From NCBI GenBank assembly GCA_038245295.1, contig JBBRSP010000011.1:128001-192000 (forward strand): a stretch of 64,000 nt of DNA, in the 5' to 3' direction. Each line of letters begins with the position of its first letter. Within the stretch, counting starts at the first letter, position 1. This document shows, piece after piece, positions 36,777-47,257 of the stretch. The translations under genes and the position numbers were made by a program. The DNA is from Candidatus Binatia bacterium (GTDB lineage: Bacteria; Desulfobacterota; Binatia; HRBIN30). The notes beneath the pieces are model-generated. The model did not search any database and had not been told where the DNA came from. It saw nothing but the letters and a program-made list of their open reading frames with translations.

Positions 36777-38294
36777 TCAATCGTTCTTGTCGAGCACGTC
36801 GATCGTAAACTTGGTGATGTTGTTGCTCGGGATTGGATCGGGATCGGTCGGACTGACGCTCTTTATGTCGACGGTGCAACGCAATGGCGCCCGTTGGTTT
36901 GGTGTGTGTACGTCGGCCGCCTGGACCGTGATTGGCAGCAACGCTGGCTTCGTCGCGCCACCTTTGACGGTGATCGGGTTGTCGCCGCCAGGTGTTGATG
37001 GATCGAAGTCGATGGTGCCGGCGGTGAGCCAGCCACACAAGATTGGGTTGTTGACGGTGATGTCATGCCCTGGAAACTCGAGTATCGGCAGCACGTCGGC
37101 GTTGGTTGTCTTCACCTTGACGATCTTGGTCTTGCCGAACCCGCCGGCGCCGATCTTGAGAACCAGGGGCGGTAGACTCTGGGTGACGGTTTCGTGGGTC
37201 AGCGATTGTTCCGGGACGTCGGTTTTGTCGAGGATGTTGAGATCGACGGTGATCGAGTTGTTGGTGGCCGTCGGGTCGGCGTTGCCCATCACCAGCGGGA
37301 ACAGGGCGTCGACGCTGACGCTGCAGCGTGCCGGCGCCTTGCGATAGTAGAGGGTGCTGGCGGCGGGAGTGACGTCGATGAGGATGGTGGCGCTCTTGGT
37401 CTGGCCCGGGCGGACCACGATGGTGTTCTGATCTCCCGGAGCGACTGGGTCGAAGTCGGGTTGGCTGATCGTGATTCCCATTCCGCACTCGTTGGTTTGA
37501 TTCAATTGGATGGTCTGATCTGGGCTGCCGGCCGGGTCGGCGTTGAGGACCCGCACCTTCAGCTTCTTGGTCACCACCGTTTGATTGGTGGTGCGGATGA
37601 TTGCGTTGACCGCCTTCGCCGGCAGAACCACAGCGTCGTGCATCGGTGGTGGAATGGTTGCGGTGTCGGTCGCGGTGGCTGTCTGGGTCGGTGTCAGGGT
37701 TTGAGTTCGGGTTGGTGTGTCGGTCGGCGTCGGGGTTTGGGTCGGCGTGTCCGTAGAGGTCCGCGTGCTCGTCTGCGTTCGCGTACTCGTGGGCGTTGGG
37801 GTCGCGGCCGCCTGGATCACCAAGGTGGCATACGATGCCTGGTCGACGGTGTTGAGGTTATTGAAGTTCACGGCATTGCCCCAGCCGCGAATGGTCTCGC
37901 TGCTGAAGCTCGCGGGGGCGGTCCACTGGAAACTGAAGGTTACGACAGTTCCGTTGCCGGCCTTGGCGCCGGTATGAGTAATCTCGCCGCCGGCGAGTTT
38001 GGTGCCGCCGGAATTCGGACCACCAACAGCCAGGGTTCCGGCCGTTGCACCGAAATCGAGGCCGGCGCGATGTTGCGAGCCGATTTCCGAAACCGTAACC
38101 GTGTAGGTTTGCGTGTCGCCGGGGAGGACGCTCGTCGGCCCAGTGATCTGGACGGTCGGCGCGCTGCCGCCAGAATGGCAGCTGTTGCATCCGAACATCA
38201 TCCCCGCCGTCAGTCCTGTTTGCCCTGTGCTGAACGCCCACGACCGCCCCGCCGTCAGCAGAAGTAGTGCTGCAACCAATGCCTTACGTCCCAT
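36777..38294 (-). CDS. Secreted CxxCH + Reeler-like (choice-of-anchor V-like) protein with Thr/Pro linker and tandem unnamed C-terminal domains
   Basis: Signal peptide, GCNSCHSGG, EITH, FSFQWTAP, GNAVN, and a TPT linker. Confidence 0.78.
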   Translation of the reverse strand: MGRKALVAALLLLTAGRSWAFSTGQTGLTAGMMFGCNSCHSGGSAPTVQITGPTSVLPGDTQTYTVTVSEIGSQHRAGLDFGATAGTLAVGGPNSGGTKLAGGEITHTGAKAGNGTVVTFSFQWTAPASFSSETIRGWGNAVNFNNLNTVDQASYATLVIQAAATPTPTSTRTQTSTRTSTDTPTQTPTPTDTPTRTQTLTPTQTATATDTATIPPPMHDAVVLPAKAVNAIIRTTNQTVVTKKLKVRVLNADPAGSPDQTIQLNQTNECGMGITISQPDFDPVAPGDQNTIVVRPGQTKSATILIDVTPAASTLYYRKAPARCSVSVDALFPLVMGNADPTATNNSITVDLNILDKTDVPEQSLTHETVTQSLPPLVLKIGAGGFGKTKIVKVKTTNADVLPILEFPGHDITVNNPILCGWLTAGTIDFDPSTPGGDNPITVKGGATKPALLPITVQAADVHTPNQRAPLRCTVDIKSVSPTDPDPIPSNNITKFTIDVLDKND

Positions 38295-38495
38295 TTCGCC
38301 TATCTCCCTCGCGCCGAGCCGCATACTTGATCGCCGACTCTCACCGAGGCCGCTTCACCAGTCAAGGAAAGATTGCAAAAGCCCCAGCCCGGCCGCGAAG
38401 CGTGGTCCGTACCAGTTGCAGGGCCTTGCCGTCGATCAGATGGCCGCGCTGGTTGCGGACGGCTGCCGCGGGCGTCGAACAACGGCACGACTGGA

Positions 38496-39482
38496 TCAGC
38501 CAACGCGGGGGATGACCTCGCGTCCAAACGTTTCCATCATCTCAGGCGCAAAGAAGTTGCAGAAATAGTAGGTCACGCCAAGCTCGTCGCGGCGGCGGCG
38601 AATTTCGGCGGCAATCTGCTCGGTGGTGCCGACGAGGGTATTCGGCGAGCGCATGACCGCGGCGCGATCGGTGACACCCATCGCCTGCATGATGCCGTTC
38701 GCATACATCTCCGCCTCCTCGGGTGTGCGGCCGATCATGATGTAGACCATCGCCGACAGCTCGATTGACGACGGGTCACGGCCGATCTTGGCGCATTCGG
38801 CGTGGAGCAGGGCGATACGTTTGCTGAACTCGGCCATATCGAACTTCTGGATCTCTTCCATGACGACCTTGCCGAACTTGCCACCGGCCGGCGGGATGAT
38901 GTTGATCACGTCGGCCTGCGCCGCGGCGACGCGGATCAAGCGTGGGCCACCGCCACCAATGACGATGCGCGGTATCGGTGTGGGCTTCGGTTCGTGTGGC
39001 GCGTTGGTGATCTTGTAGTGCTCGCCCTGATAGTCGACGGTCGGCTCGCTCCACAGTTTTTTAATGAGCTCGAGACTCTCGCGCATCTGATCGATACGCA
39101 CCGCTGGCGCCGGGTAGGGAATGTCGAAGGCGTCGTATTCCTCGCGAAACCAACCGGCGCCGAGCCCGAGCTCGGTGCGGCCGCCGGAAATGTGTTGCAG
39201 TGTCGTGATGATCTTCGCCAGCAGGGCCGGGTGGCGGAAGGAGTTGGCGGCGACGATTTGCGTCAGCACGACACGTTTGGTCAGGGGCGCCAGCGCGGCC
39301 AGCATGGTGAAACACTCGAGGCGCGGTGCGGTGCGATCGTGGCCCATCAAACCGGTCATGAAGAAGTGGTCTTCCGCGGCGATGGCGTAGAAGCCGGTCT
39401 CCTCGGCAAGGGCGGCGCGGCTGCGGGCACTTGCAAAGTCGTTCAACGGCAGGACGGCAGCGAACTTCATCGAGTGTTTCAT
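38496..39482 (-). CDS. LLM-class oxidoreductase (probable F420-dependent subgroup)
   Basis: EDHF, LECFTMLAALA, NSFRHPALLAK, GR.ELGLGAGWF.EEY.AF.IPYP, IGGGG. Confidence 0.88.
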   Translation of the reverse strand: MKHSMKFAAVLPLNDFASARSRAALAEETGFYAIAAEDHFFMTGLMGHDRTAPRLECFTMLAALAPLTKRVVLTQIVAANSFRHPALLAKIITTLQHISGGRTELGLGAGWFREEYDAFDIPYPAPAVRIDQMRESLELIKKLWSEPTVDYQGEHYKITNAPHEPKPTPIPRIVIGGGGPRLIRVAAAQADVINIIPPAGGKFGKVVMEEIQKFDMAEFSKRIALLHAECAKIGRDPSSIELSAMVYIMIGRTPEEAEMYANGIMQAMGVTDRAAVMRSPNTLVGTTEQIAAEIRRRRDELGVTYYFCNFFAPEMMETFGREVIPRVG

Positions 39483-39506
39483 GGGCGCTGCTGTACCGGG
39501 AAATTT

Positions 39507-39546
39507 TCCATTTGGCCATCTTGCCGTATGGCCATCTTGCCAGTTG
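39507..39546. repeat. 8-mer tandem repeat array (GCCATYTK-like)
   Basis: tccatttg gccatctt gccgtatg gccatctt gccagttg. Confidence 0.65.
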
Positions 39547-39612
39547 GTTATGAGCCCCCGCGATAGCGAGAGCCGGATTGCTCCACGGCGCGCGAGTTCG
39601 TAAGACGGTCCA

Positions 39613-40182
39613 ATGAGCCAACCCACCAGCGCGAAGGCGCGCAACGTGATACTTGACGACCTGCCGTTCACCGCCCTGGGCGGCCAGCCCGCTTTCGCGC
39701 CGGGAACAATCGAACCCTTCGTGCGCCAACCACGCATCGCCGTGCTGGCCTACATTCGTGCCGACGGCCGGCCCTGTCAGGCGCCGATCTGGTACACTTA
39801 TCGCGACGGCGCGTTTCACATGTCGACAGTGACCGGATCGCCGAAACATCGGGCCTTGCAGCGCGACCCGCGCGTCTGTCTCACCATCCAGGACGAGCGC
39901 CCGCCGTATCGTGCGCTGATCACCGACGGCACGGTCGAGATGGCGCCGCTCGATCCGAAAAACGACCCGACCGAGGGCATGGCGGTGCATTACTTCGGAC
40001 GCATCGCCGCCGCTGAATACGAGCGCATGACGGCGGCTGAGTATGCCGAGAAGGGCATCACAGTCGTGACTCTGCGGCCACAAACGTTGCGTGGCTTCGA
40101 CAACACACGCGCCATCAACGCCGCGGTGCTGGCCTTCGTGCGCTTGCGCGACCGCCTGCCGATCCCGCGGAGCTGGCTCTAG
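39613..40182 (+). CDS. Pyridoxamine 5'-phosphate oxidase-like (split beta-barrel, PPOX class) protein
   Basis: IAVLAYIRADGRP..APIWY, K.R.L.RDPRV.L.I. Confidence 0.85.
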   Translation: MSQPTSAKARNVILDDLPFTALGGQPAFAPGTIEPFVRQPRIAVLAYIRADGRPCQAPIWYTYRDGAFHMSTVTGSPKHRALQRDPRVCLTIQDERPPYRALITDGTVEMAPLDPKNDPTEGMAVHYFGRIAAAEYERMTAAEYAEKGITVVTLRPQTLRGFDNTRAINAAVLAFVRLRDRLPIPRSWL

Positions 40183-40197
40183 TCTCACGCGCACGAA

Positions 40198-40316
40198 TCA
40201 CCGCAGAGACGCCGAGCACCGTTGCTTGTCGAACAGAGGCAGGTGACAAGAAATTAGGAAGCAAACGGCGGCGTCGAATCATCGTTCTTCTCGCGGGCTG
40301 TGCGACTCTGCGGTGA
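40198..40316. repeat. REP-like inverted repeat pair
   Basis: TCACCGCAGAG(ACGC) at 40198 and (GCGA)CTCTGCGGTGA ending at 40316. Confidence 0.55.
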
Positions 40317-40679
40317 GATTCTCCGTCGGATAAACCCAGGATTTGGCTCGTTCCACCCGTCTCCAGACGCACCACGAAGCCCCAGGAGCGCCTCTCGGGG
40401 CTCAGGATGACTTACCCTACGTACGCAAACTCAACGTTTTTTGGCGATCCTTTGATGGGGGCGTTGAAAACAAAGGGGTTTTTCGACGTCGGATCGCGCG
40501 TTCGTCGGGGATACTCGCTGCTTTCCAGAATGCCTCGCCTAGAGTCCTGATAATCAAGCCGAGAGAGAAGGGAGCTAGCGTCCAGCATTACACGCGCGCA
40601 GGCAAAGCAGCGCGTCGTCGTTTCCTTCGTCGCCCGCAAGCTTGCGCTGCGGCGGCAGATCGCAGTAGACCGACGCCGC

Positions 40680-41069
40680 ATGTCGCAGGTGAAAATCTTT
40701 GGGTTACGTCGTCATCTGGATCCGCTCAAGCAGCGGCTCTCCGAGGTGCTGCATTCGTGTGTCGTCGACGCCCTGCAGTATCCCTCCGACAAGCGCTTCC
40801 ATCGCTTCTTTCCGCTCGATGTCGCCGATTTCTTCTATCCCCCGGATCGCAGTGAGCGTTATACGATCATCGAGATCAGTATGTTCGAGGGTCGGACCGT
40901 GGAAGCGAAGAAGAAACTGATCCGCTTGTTGTTTGAACGCGTGCAGCGCGAGTGTGGGATCGCGCCGGGTGACCTGGAGATCACCATCTTCGAGACGCCC
41001 AAACACAATTGGGGATTTCGTGGCTTGCCAGGCGACGAACACGGGCTCAACTATAAGGTAGAGGTGTAA
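40680..41069 (+). CDS. Tautomerase family protein (Tautomerase_2-like)
   Basis: QVKIFG, P.DKRF.RF, P.DRSERYTIIEISMFEGRT.EAKK.LI, E.PKHNWG.RG.PGDE. Confidence 0.88.
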   Translation: MSQVKIFGLRRHLDPLKQRLSEVLHSCVVDALQYPSDKRFHRFFPLDVADFFYPPDRSERYTIIEISMFEGRTVEAKKKLIRLLFERVQRECGIAPGDLEITIFETPKHNWGFRGLPGDEHGLNYKVEV

Positions 41070-41071
41070 TC

Positions 41072-41641
41072 GTGTCGCATAGGAATTTTGTCTCAGGGGT
41101 TACGGCTGTAACCAAGCATGCTTGGATCGCCCTGTTTGTTCTGCCGCTGATGGCGATGGCGGTGCAGGCCTACGACCGTTCCACCATCGATGCCTGTGTC
41201 GACGGCGGCGGTAGCTTCGATTACCAGTTCGGCACCTGTGATTCGAAACATGCCCATCCGGGGGCGAGCTCGACCTGTATCCAGAATCTGCCCGGGCAGT
41301 GGCGAGTCGTCGGCCATTCCTCTCCCGGCGTGGCGGCCTTAACCGAAGCGGAGGCGAAGGAGTGGGATGGCGCTGTCCTGAGCCTGCGTTCCGAACGCAT
41401 CACTTTCCGCGGTGGCGACTGCGCCACGCCACGCTTTCAGACACGTGAGATCTCGGCGGACGATTTCTCCGACAACTATCGCGCCCTGCCGAGCTCGCTC
41501 GGTCTCACGAGCGCTGAGATCTGCGTCACGGAAGTTTCCTGCAATGGGCCTTGGAACGCCCCGGGCTCGCTGCTGATCCATGGCCGCGGCCGCATGTACG
41601 CCTTCTGGGACGGTATGTTTTTCGATCTACGGCGCGAGTAG
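41072..41641 (+). CDS. Hypothetical exported/membrane protein
   Basis: Hydrophobic N-terminal segment, DAC.D.GGSFDY..G.CD, paired cysteines; starts 2 nt after the tautomerase stop. Confidence 0.65.
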   Translation: MSHRNFVSGVTAVTKHAWIALFVLPLMAMAVQAYDRSTIDACVDGGGSFDYQFGTCDSKHAHPGASSTCIQNLPGQWRVVGHSSPGVAALTEAEAKEWDGAVLSLRSERITFRGGDCATPRFQTREISADDFSDNYRALPSSLGLTSAEICVTEVSCNGPWNAPGSLLIHGRGRMYAFWDGMFFDLRRE

Positions 41642-41664
41642 AGCGGTTCGCGAACCGCCCCTAC
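41638..41664. repeat. GTAG-family REP-like palindrome (copy 2)
   Basis: gtagagcggttcgcgaaccgcccctac. Confidence 0.75.
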
Positions 41665-41697
41665 GATGACCCGCTAGACCGGCTAACCGCAGCGCTC

Positions 41698-41982
41698 TCA
41701 GCGCTGCGCCGGCTTCGTCGTCGCCCGTTGGCGCAAGATCTCGTCGAGATGCTCACGCTCCTGATCGGTGAGCGCCGCATCACCGGTTTCTTCTTCTTCC
41801 TCTTCGGCCGCCGGTACGGCGGCGCCCGCGAAGTGTGGTGTCATGTCGGGTGCGCCTGGTCCCTGGATGGCTTTCCAGACGATCACACCTGCCACGGCCA
41901 GCGCCGCGCTGGTGAGCGCGAACGACGTCCAGAAGATCACCTTCTCCGGGCCTGACGTGGGGTGCTTGTTGCGGCTCGCCAT
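41698..41982 (-). CDS. Small hypothetical membrane protein
   Basis: One TM helix and an acidic tract; co-oriented with and downstream of the FAD oxidoreductase. Confidence 0.55.
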   Translation of the reverse strand: MASRNKHPTSGPEKVIFWTSFALTSAALAVAGVIVWKAIQGPGAPDMTPHFAGAAVPAAEEEEEETGDAALTDQEREHLDEILRQRATTKPAQR

Positions 41983-42001
41983 GGTGTTGCCGTCCGACCC
42001 T

Positions 42002-43210
42002 TCACTGCCGCTGCGGTGACGTCAGACGCGCTGCGGGGTAATGGCCGCGCATCCAGGCCCCGAGTGCCGACCAGCCGCTGCCTTTGTCCCACCCATCAAT
42101 CCCGTTGTACCAGCGGATGCCGATCTCCTGCGCTTGCGGGCTATTCGCCGCAATGCCGAACCACAAACGCCACGCACGGCCGTAGAAGAGCGACGTCGTG
42201 AGCTCGAGGCGGCGTAGTTTCTTACCCATCCACGACGAATCGATCTGTCGTTCGTAGTCGGCCGCCGGTTGGCGGAAGTCGCGCGCCTGAAAACAGGCCT
42301 GAGCCGCGGCGGCGGCACGGATGCCGTACTCGAGAGCATACGAGATGCCCTCGCCCATGAGCGGATCGACACCCGCCGCATCACCGGCCAGCAGCACATT
42401 CGGCGCCGCGATGCGCACGCCGCGACCGTACCAGCGGATGGGAAACGATTTGATCGGGGTAGGGGAGGCCCCCGCCCGCTCGAGCTCTTCCTTCAAGAGA
42501 CGATACAGCAACGGCCCGGCTTCCGCGGCGACGACGCTATAGACGCCGACATTGGCGTGCGGAACTCCATCGATCAGGCAAGGGAACCACCACAGGTAAC
42601 CCCGCAGGCCCTGTGGCACGGCGCGGAAATCGAAGTCGTAGCGTTTCGCCGCAAAGCCGTCCCACCGCGTGCCGCTGATCGGCACATCACACATAATGGC
42701 TTTGCCGACGCAGTCGCGGCCCTCGGTGACCAGGCTACGGCGGACCAGACTACCCGATCCGTCGGCGCCGATGATCAATGGCGCGCTGTAGGACCCGGCC
42801 TCGGTTTCGACGCGTACGCCGTCGGCGTCGCGGACGATCTCGACGACCTTCTCCTCCTCCTGGATCCGGATGCCGCGTTGACGACAGGCGGCAACCAGCG
42901 ACGCATCGAACTCGTCGCGTCGAATCACACGGCAAAGATCGTCATCACGATATTCGACGGTGCGCCCGGGGATCTCGACACGGCTGCAATTGGCCACGGC
43001 ATTCGGCACCGACAGAGGCACGTCGAGCTTCCGCAAGCAATCGAGTGCATGTGGAATAAGGCCGCCGGCGCAGACCTTGGGCCGCGGATGGCGGGCTTTT
43101 TCAATCACCACCATATCGCGTGCCAGGGCCGGATCACGTCGTGCCAGCTCAAGCGCCGTCGCGGTACCGGCGGGGCCGGAGCCGATGATGATGACCGAGT
43201 GTCGTTGCAT
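42002..43210 (-). CDS. FAD-dependent oxidoreductase, geranylgeranyl reductase family
   Basis: IIGSGPAG, EK..HPRPKVCAGGL, R.EFD..L, IGADG, GY.W.FP, LAGDAAG.DP..GEGI. Confidence 0.9.
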   Translation of the reverse strand: MQRHSVIIIGSGPAGTATALELARRDPALARDMVVIEKARHPRPKVCAGGLIPHALDCLRKLDVPLSVPNAVANCSRVEIPGRTVEYRDDDLCRVIRRDEFDASLVAACRQRGIRIQEEEKVVEIVRDADGVRVETEAGSYSAPLIIGADGSGSLVRRSLVTEGRDCVGKAIMCDVPISGTRWDGFAAKRYDFDFRAVPQGLRGYLWWFPCLIDGVPHANVGVYSVVAAEAGPLLYRLLKEELERAGASPTPIKSFPIRWYGRGVRIAAPNVLLAGDAAGVDPLMGEGISYALEYGIRAAAAAQACFQARDFRQPAADYERQIDSSWMGKKLRRLELTTSLFYGRAWRLWFGIAANSPQAQEIGIRWYNGIDGWDKGSGWSALGAWMRGHYPAARLTSPQRQ

Positions 43211-43216
43211 GCGTGG

Positions 43217-43624
43217 CTAGTCGCCCCGCGAATGGATGTTGGCGCGCACCCAGGCGACGATGTCGTCGGCCGTCGCGCCCGGGGTGAACACTTCTTTGAC
43301 TCCAAGGCGTTTCAGCTCGGGCAAATCGTCAGGAGGAATGATGCCGCCGCCGAAGATCGCCACGTCCTCGATGCCGCGTTTCTTGAGCTCGTCGATCACG
43401 TCTGGAAACAAGGTCATGTGGGCGCCCGACAAAATGCTCAGGCCGATCGCATCCACATCTTCCTGCTCGGCTGCGGCGGCGATCATCTCGGGTGTCTGAT
43501 GCAACCCTGTATAGATCACCTCGAAGCCGGCATCGCGCAGCATGCGAGCGATGATCTTGGCGCCGCGGTCGTGACCGTCGAGGCCGGGTTTGGCGACCAG
43601 AATGCGCAGCGGACGTAGGCTCAC
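43217..43624 (-). CDS. Cobalamin-binding small subunit of acyl-CoA mutase (IcmB-like)
   Basis: [11 protein letters not shown] (DxHxxG), [20 protein letters not shown]. Confidence 0.93.
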   Translation of the reverse strand: MSLRPLRILVAKPGLDGHDRGAKIIARMLRDAGFEVIYTGLHQTPEMIAAAAEQEDVDAIGLSILSGAHMTLFPDVIDELKKRGIEDVAIFGGGIIPPDDLPELKRLGVKEVFTPGATADDIVAWVRANIHSRGD

Positions 43625-43634
43625 TCGCAGCTCC

Positions 43635-45275
<1,641 letters not shown>

Positions 45276-45310
45276 CGCGACTCGCCCTCGCTTCCGTACT
45301 TTGTCTTGCG

Positions 45311-46093
45311 TTACTTGCCCTGGAACTGCGCCGGTCGCTTCTCCAGAAAGGCGCGCATGCCCTCGGCGCGATCCGCCGTCGAAAATGTCACACCAAACGC
45401 CTCGGCTTCGAAGCGACAGCCATCTTCGAGATCGATGTCCGTGCCGACGTTGATGGCATTCTTGGCCTCTTGCAGCGCGACGCGCGGCTTGGCTGCCAGG
45501 TGGGCGGCCAGCTTGCGTGTTTCGTCGCGCAATGCCGCGGTCTCGACGACGCGGTCGATCAACCCGAGGCGCAACGCTTCGTCGGTGCCGATCATGTCGC
45601 CACCATAAATCAGCAGACGGGCGGCGCCGACGCCGACACGCCGAGCCAGGCGTTGTGTGCCGCCGAAACCGGGGAGGATACCGAGGTTGATTTCAGGCTG
45701 GCCGAATTTTGCCGACTGTGCCGCAACGATGATGTCGCAGGCCATGGCCAACTCGAGGCCGCCGCCGAGAGCAAAGCCGTTGACTGCCGCGATCACCGGA
45801 ACCGGCAGGTCTTCGAAGCTGCGCATGACGCGTTGCCCGACCCGCGCGAAGTATTTCGCTTCGACCGCGGTCATCGATTGCATCGCGGCAATGTCGGCAC
45901 CGGCGACGAAGGCACGTTCGCCGGCACCGGTAAGGATCACGCAGCCAATCTCGGCCGTGCTCGCGGCGTGGTCGGCGAACTTCTGCAACTCGGCGAGGGT
46001 CGCCGGGTTAAGCGCATTGAGGGCTTTGGGGCGATTGATGGTGACGGTCGCGATGGGACCGTCCTGCTCGACCAGAAGGTTTTCGTAGCTCAA
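45311..46093 (-). CDS. Enoyl-CoA hydratase (crotonase)
   Basis: [49 protein letters not shown] start at 46093 follows GAGG. Confidence 0.92.
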   Translation of the reverse strand: MSYENLLVEQDGPIATVTINRPKALNALNPATLAELQKFADHAASTAEIGCVILTGAGERAFVAGADIAAMQSMTAVEAKYFARVGQRVMRSFEDLPVPVIAAVNGFALGGGLELAMACDIIVAAQSAKFGQPEINLGILPGFGGTQRLARRVGVGAARLLIYGGDMIGTDEALRLGLIDRVVETAALRDETRKLAAHLAAKPRVALQEAKNAINVGTDIDLEDGCRFEAEAFGVTFSTADRAEGMRAFLEKRPAQFQGK

Positions 46094-46101
46094 GGTCAAC
46101 C

Positions 46102-47055
46102 TCAGTATTCGGGTTTCAAGTCGAAGCGATGCGTCGCTTCGATGAAACGTATCGTGTGAGTGCGCGAGCGCATGACGATCGAGCTCGACATGGCTCCGCC
46201 CTTGAAGAAGCGCACGCCGCGCGCCAGGTCGCCACCGGTTACGCCGGTGGCTGCAAACATCACGCTGCCGGAGGCCATGTCTTCGAGCGTGAGTTTGCGC
46301 GTCGTGTCGCCGAGCCCGACGGCAGTGCATTGTTCGGCTTCTTGCTCCGTGCGCGGCCGCAGTCGGGCCTGCATATCGCCGCCTGTGCAGCGAATGGCCG
46401 CGGCGGTGAGGATTCCTTGCGGCGCGCCGCCTACACCCATCAGCATGTCGATACCGGCATGGGGAATAGCGGTGGCGATACCGGCCGCGGCGTCGCCGTC
46501 AGCGAGCAATTTGATACGGGCACCGGCTTTGCGGACTTCAGCGACCAGCTTGTCATGGCGCGGGCGATCGAGAACGGCGACGGTCAGGTCGGCGACATAG
46601 ACGCCCTTTGCCTCGGCCAAGGCGCGCAGATTCTCGGTCGGCGATTTTTCCAGATCGATGACGCCACGACCGTCCGGTCCGGCGACGATCTTTTCCATGT
46701 AGGTGTCGGGGCAACGAAGGAAGCCGCCGCGTGCCGCAAAGGCGATGATCGACAACGCGTTGGCACCGCCGGTGGCGCAGATGCTGGCACCTTCCAGGGG
46801 ATCGAGGGCGACATCGATGTCGGGCCCCTCGCCGCTGCCCACCTGTTCGCCGGTGTAGAGAACTTCACTCGTGCCGGGCGCGCCTTCGCCGACGACAACG
46901 GTGCCGGTGATGGCGATCGAGCGGATCGCCTTGCGCATCGCTTCGGCGGCGGCGCGGTCGGTCGCGGCGACGTCGCCTCGTCCCATCAATCGGGCAGCAG
47001 CCAGGGCAGCCGCTTCAGTTACGCGAACAGCTTCGAGCGCCAGGTTTCGATCCAT
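46102..47055 (-). CDS. glpX: Class II fructose-1,6-bisphosphatase
   Basis: MDRNLALEAVRVTEAAAL, VVGEG, DPLEG, YMEK, LDRPRH, ATGVT.G, S.VMRS. Confidence 0.93.
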   Translation of the reverse strand: MDRNLALEAVRVTEAAALAAARLMGRGDVAATDRAAAEAMRKAIRSIAITGTVVVGEGAPGTSEVLYTGEQVGSGEGPDIDVALDPLEGASICATGGANALSIIAFAARGGFLRCPDTYMEKIVAGPDGRGVIDLEKSPTENLRALAEAKGVYVADLTVAVLDRPRHDKLVAEVRKAGARIKLLADGDAAAGIATAIPHAGIDMLMGVGGAPQGILTAAAIRCTGGDMQARLRPRTEQEAEQCTAVGLGDTTRKLTLEDMASGSVMFAATGVTGGDLARGVRFFKGGAMSSSIVMRSRTHTIRFIEATHRFDLKPEY

Positions 47056-47175
47056 ACTCAAACCTTACTTAGAGGAGGGCTTCGTAACAAGTTCAGAGTC
47101 GCAAATCACAAGCCCACGCGCCGTATTCCCATTCGCGGGAGACGGGCCCGAATACAGATGCCGGGCCAATCGTGG

Positions 47176-47228
47176 GAGCGGCGGTAAGTCTCCGGAGGTG
47201 TCGTTCCGTCGGAGACTTGCCGCCGCTC
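47176..47228. terminator. Long hairpin downstream of the secreted-protein gene
   Basis: GAGCGGCGGTAAGTCTCCG / CGGAGACTTGCCGCCGCTC. Confidence 0.55.
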
Positions 47229-47257
47229 GTTCTCTTAACGTCAAACTTCGGGGGCTG

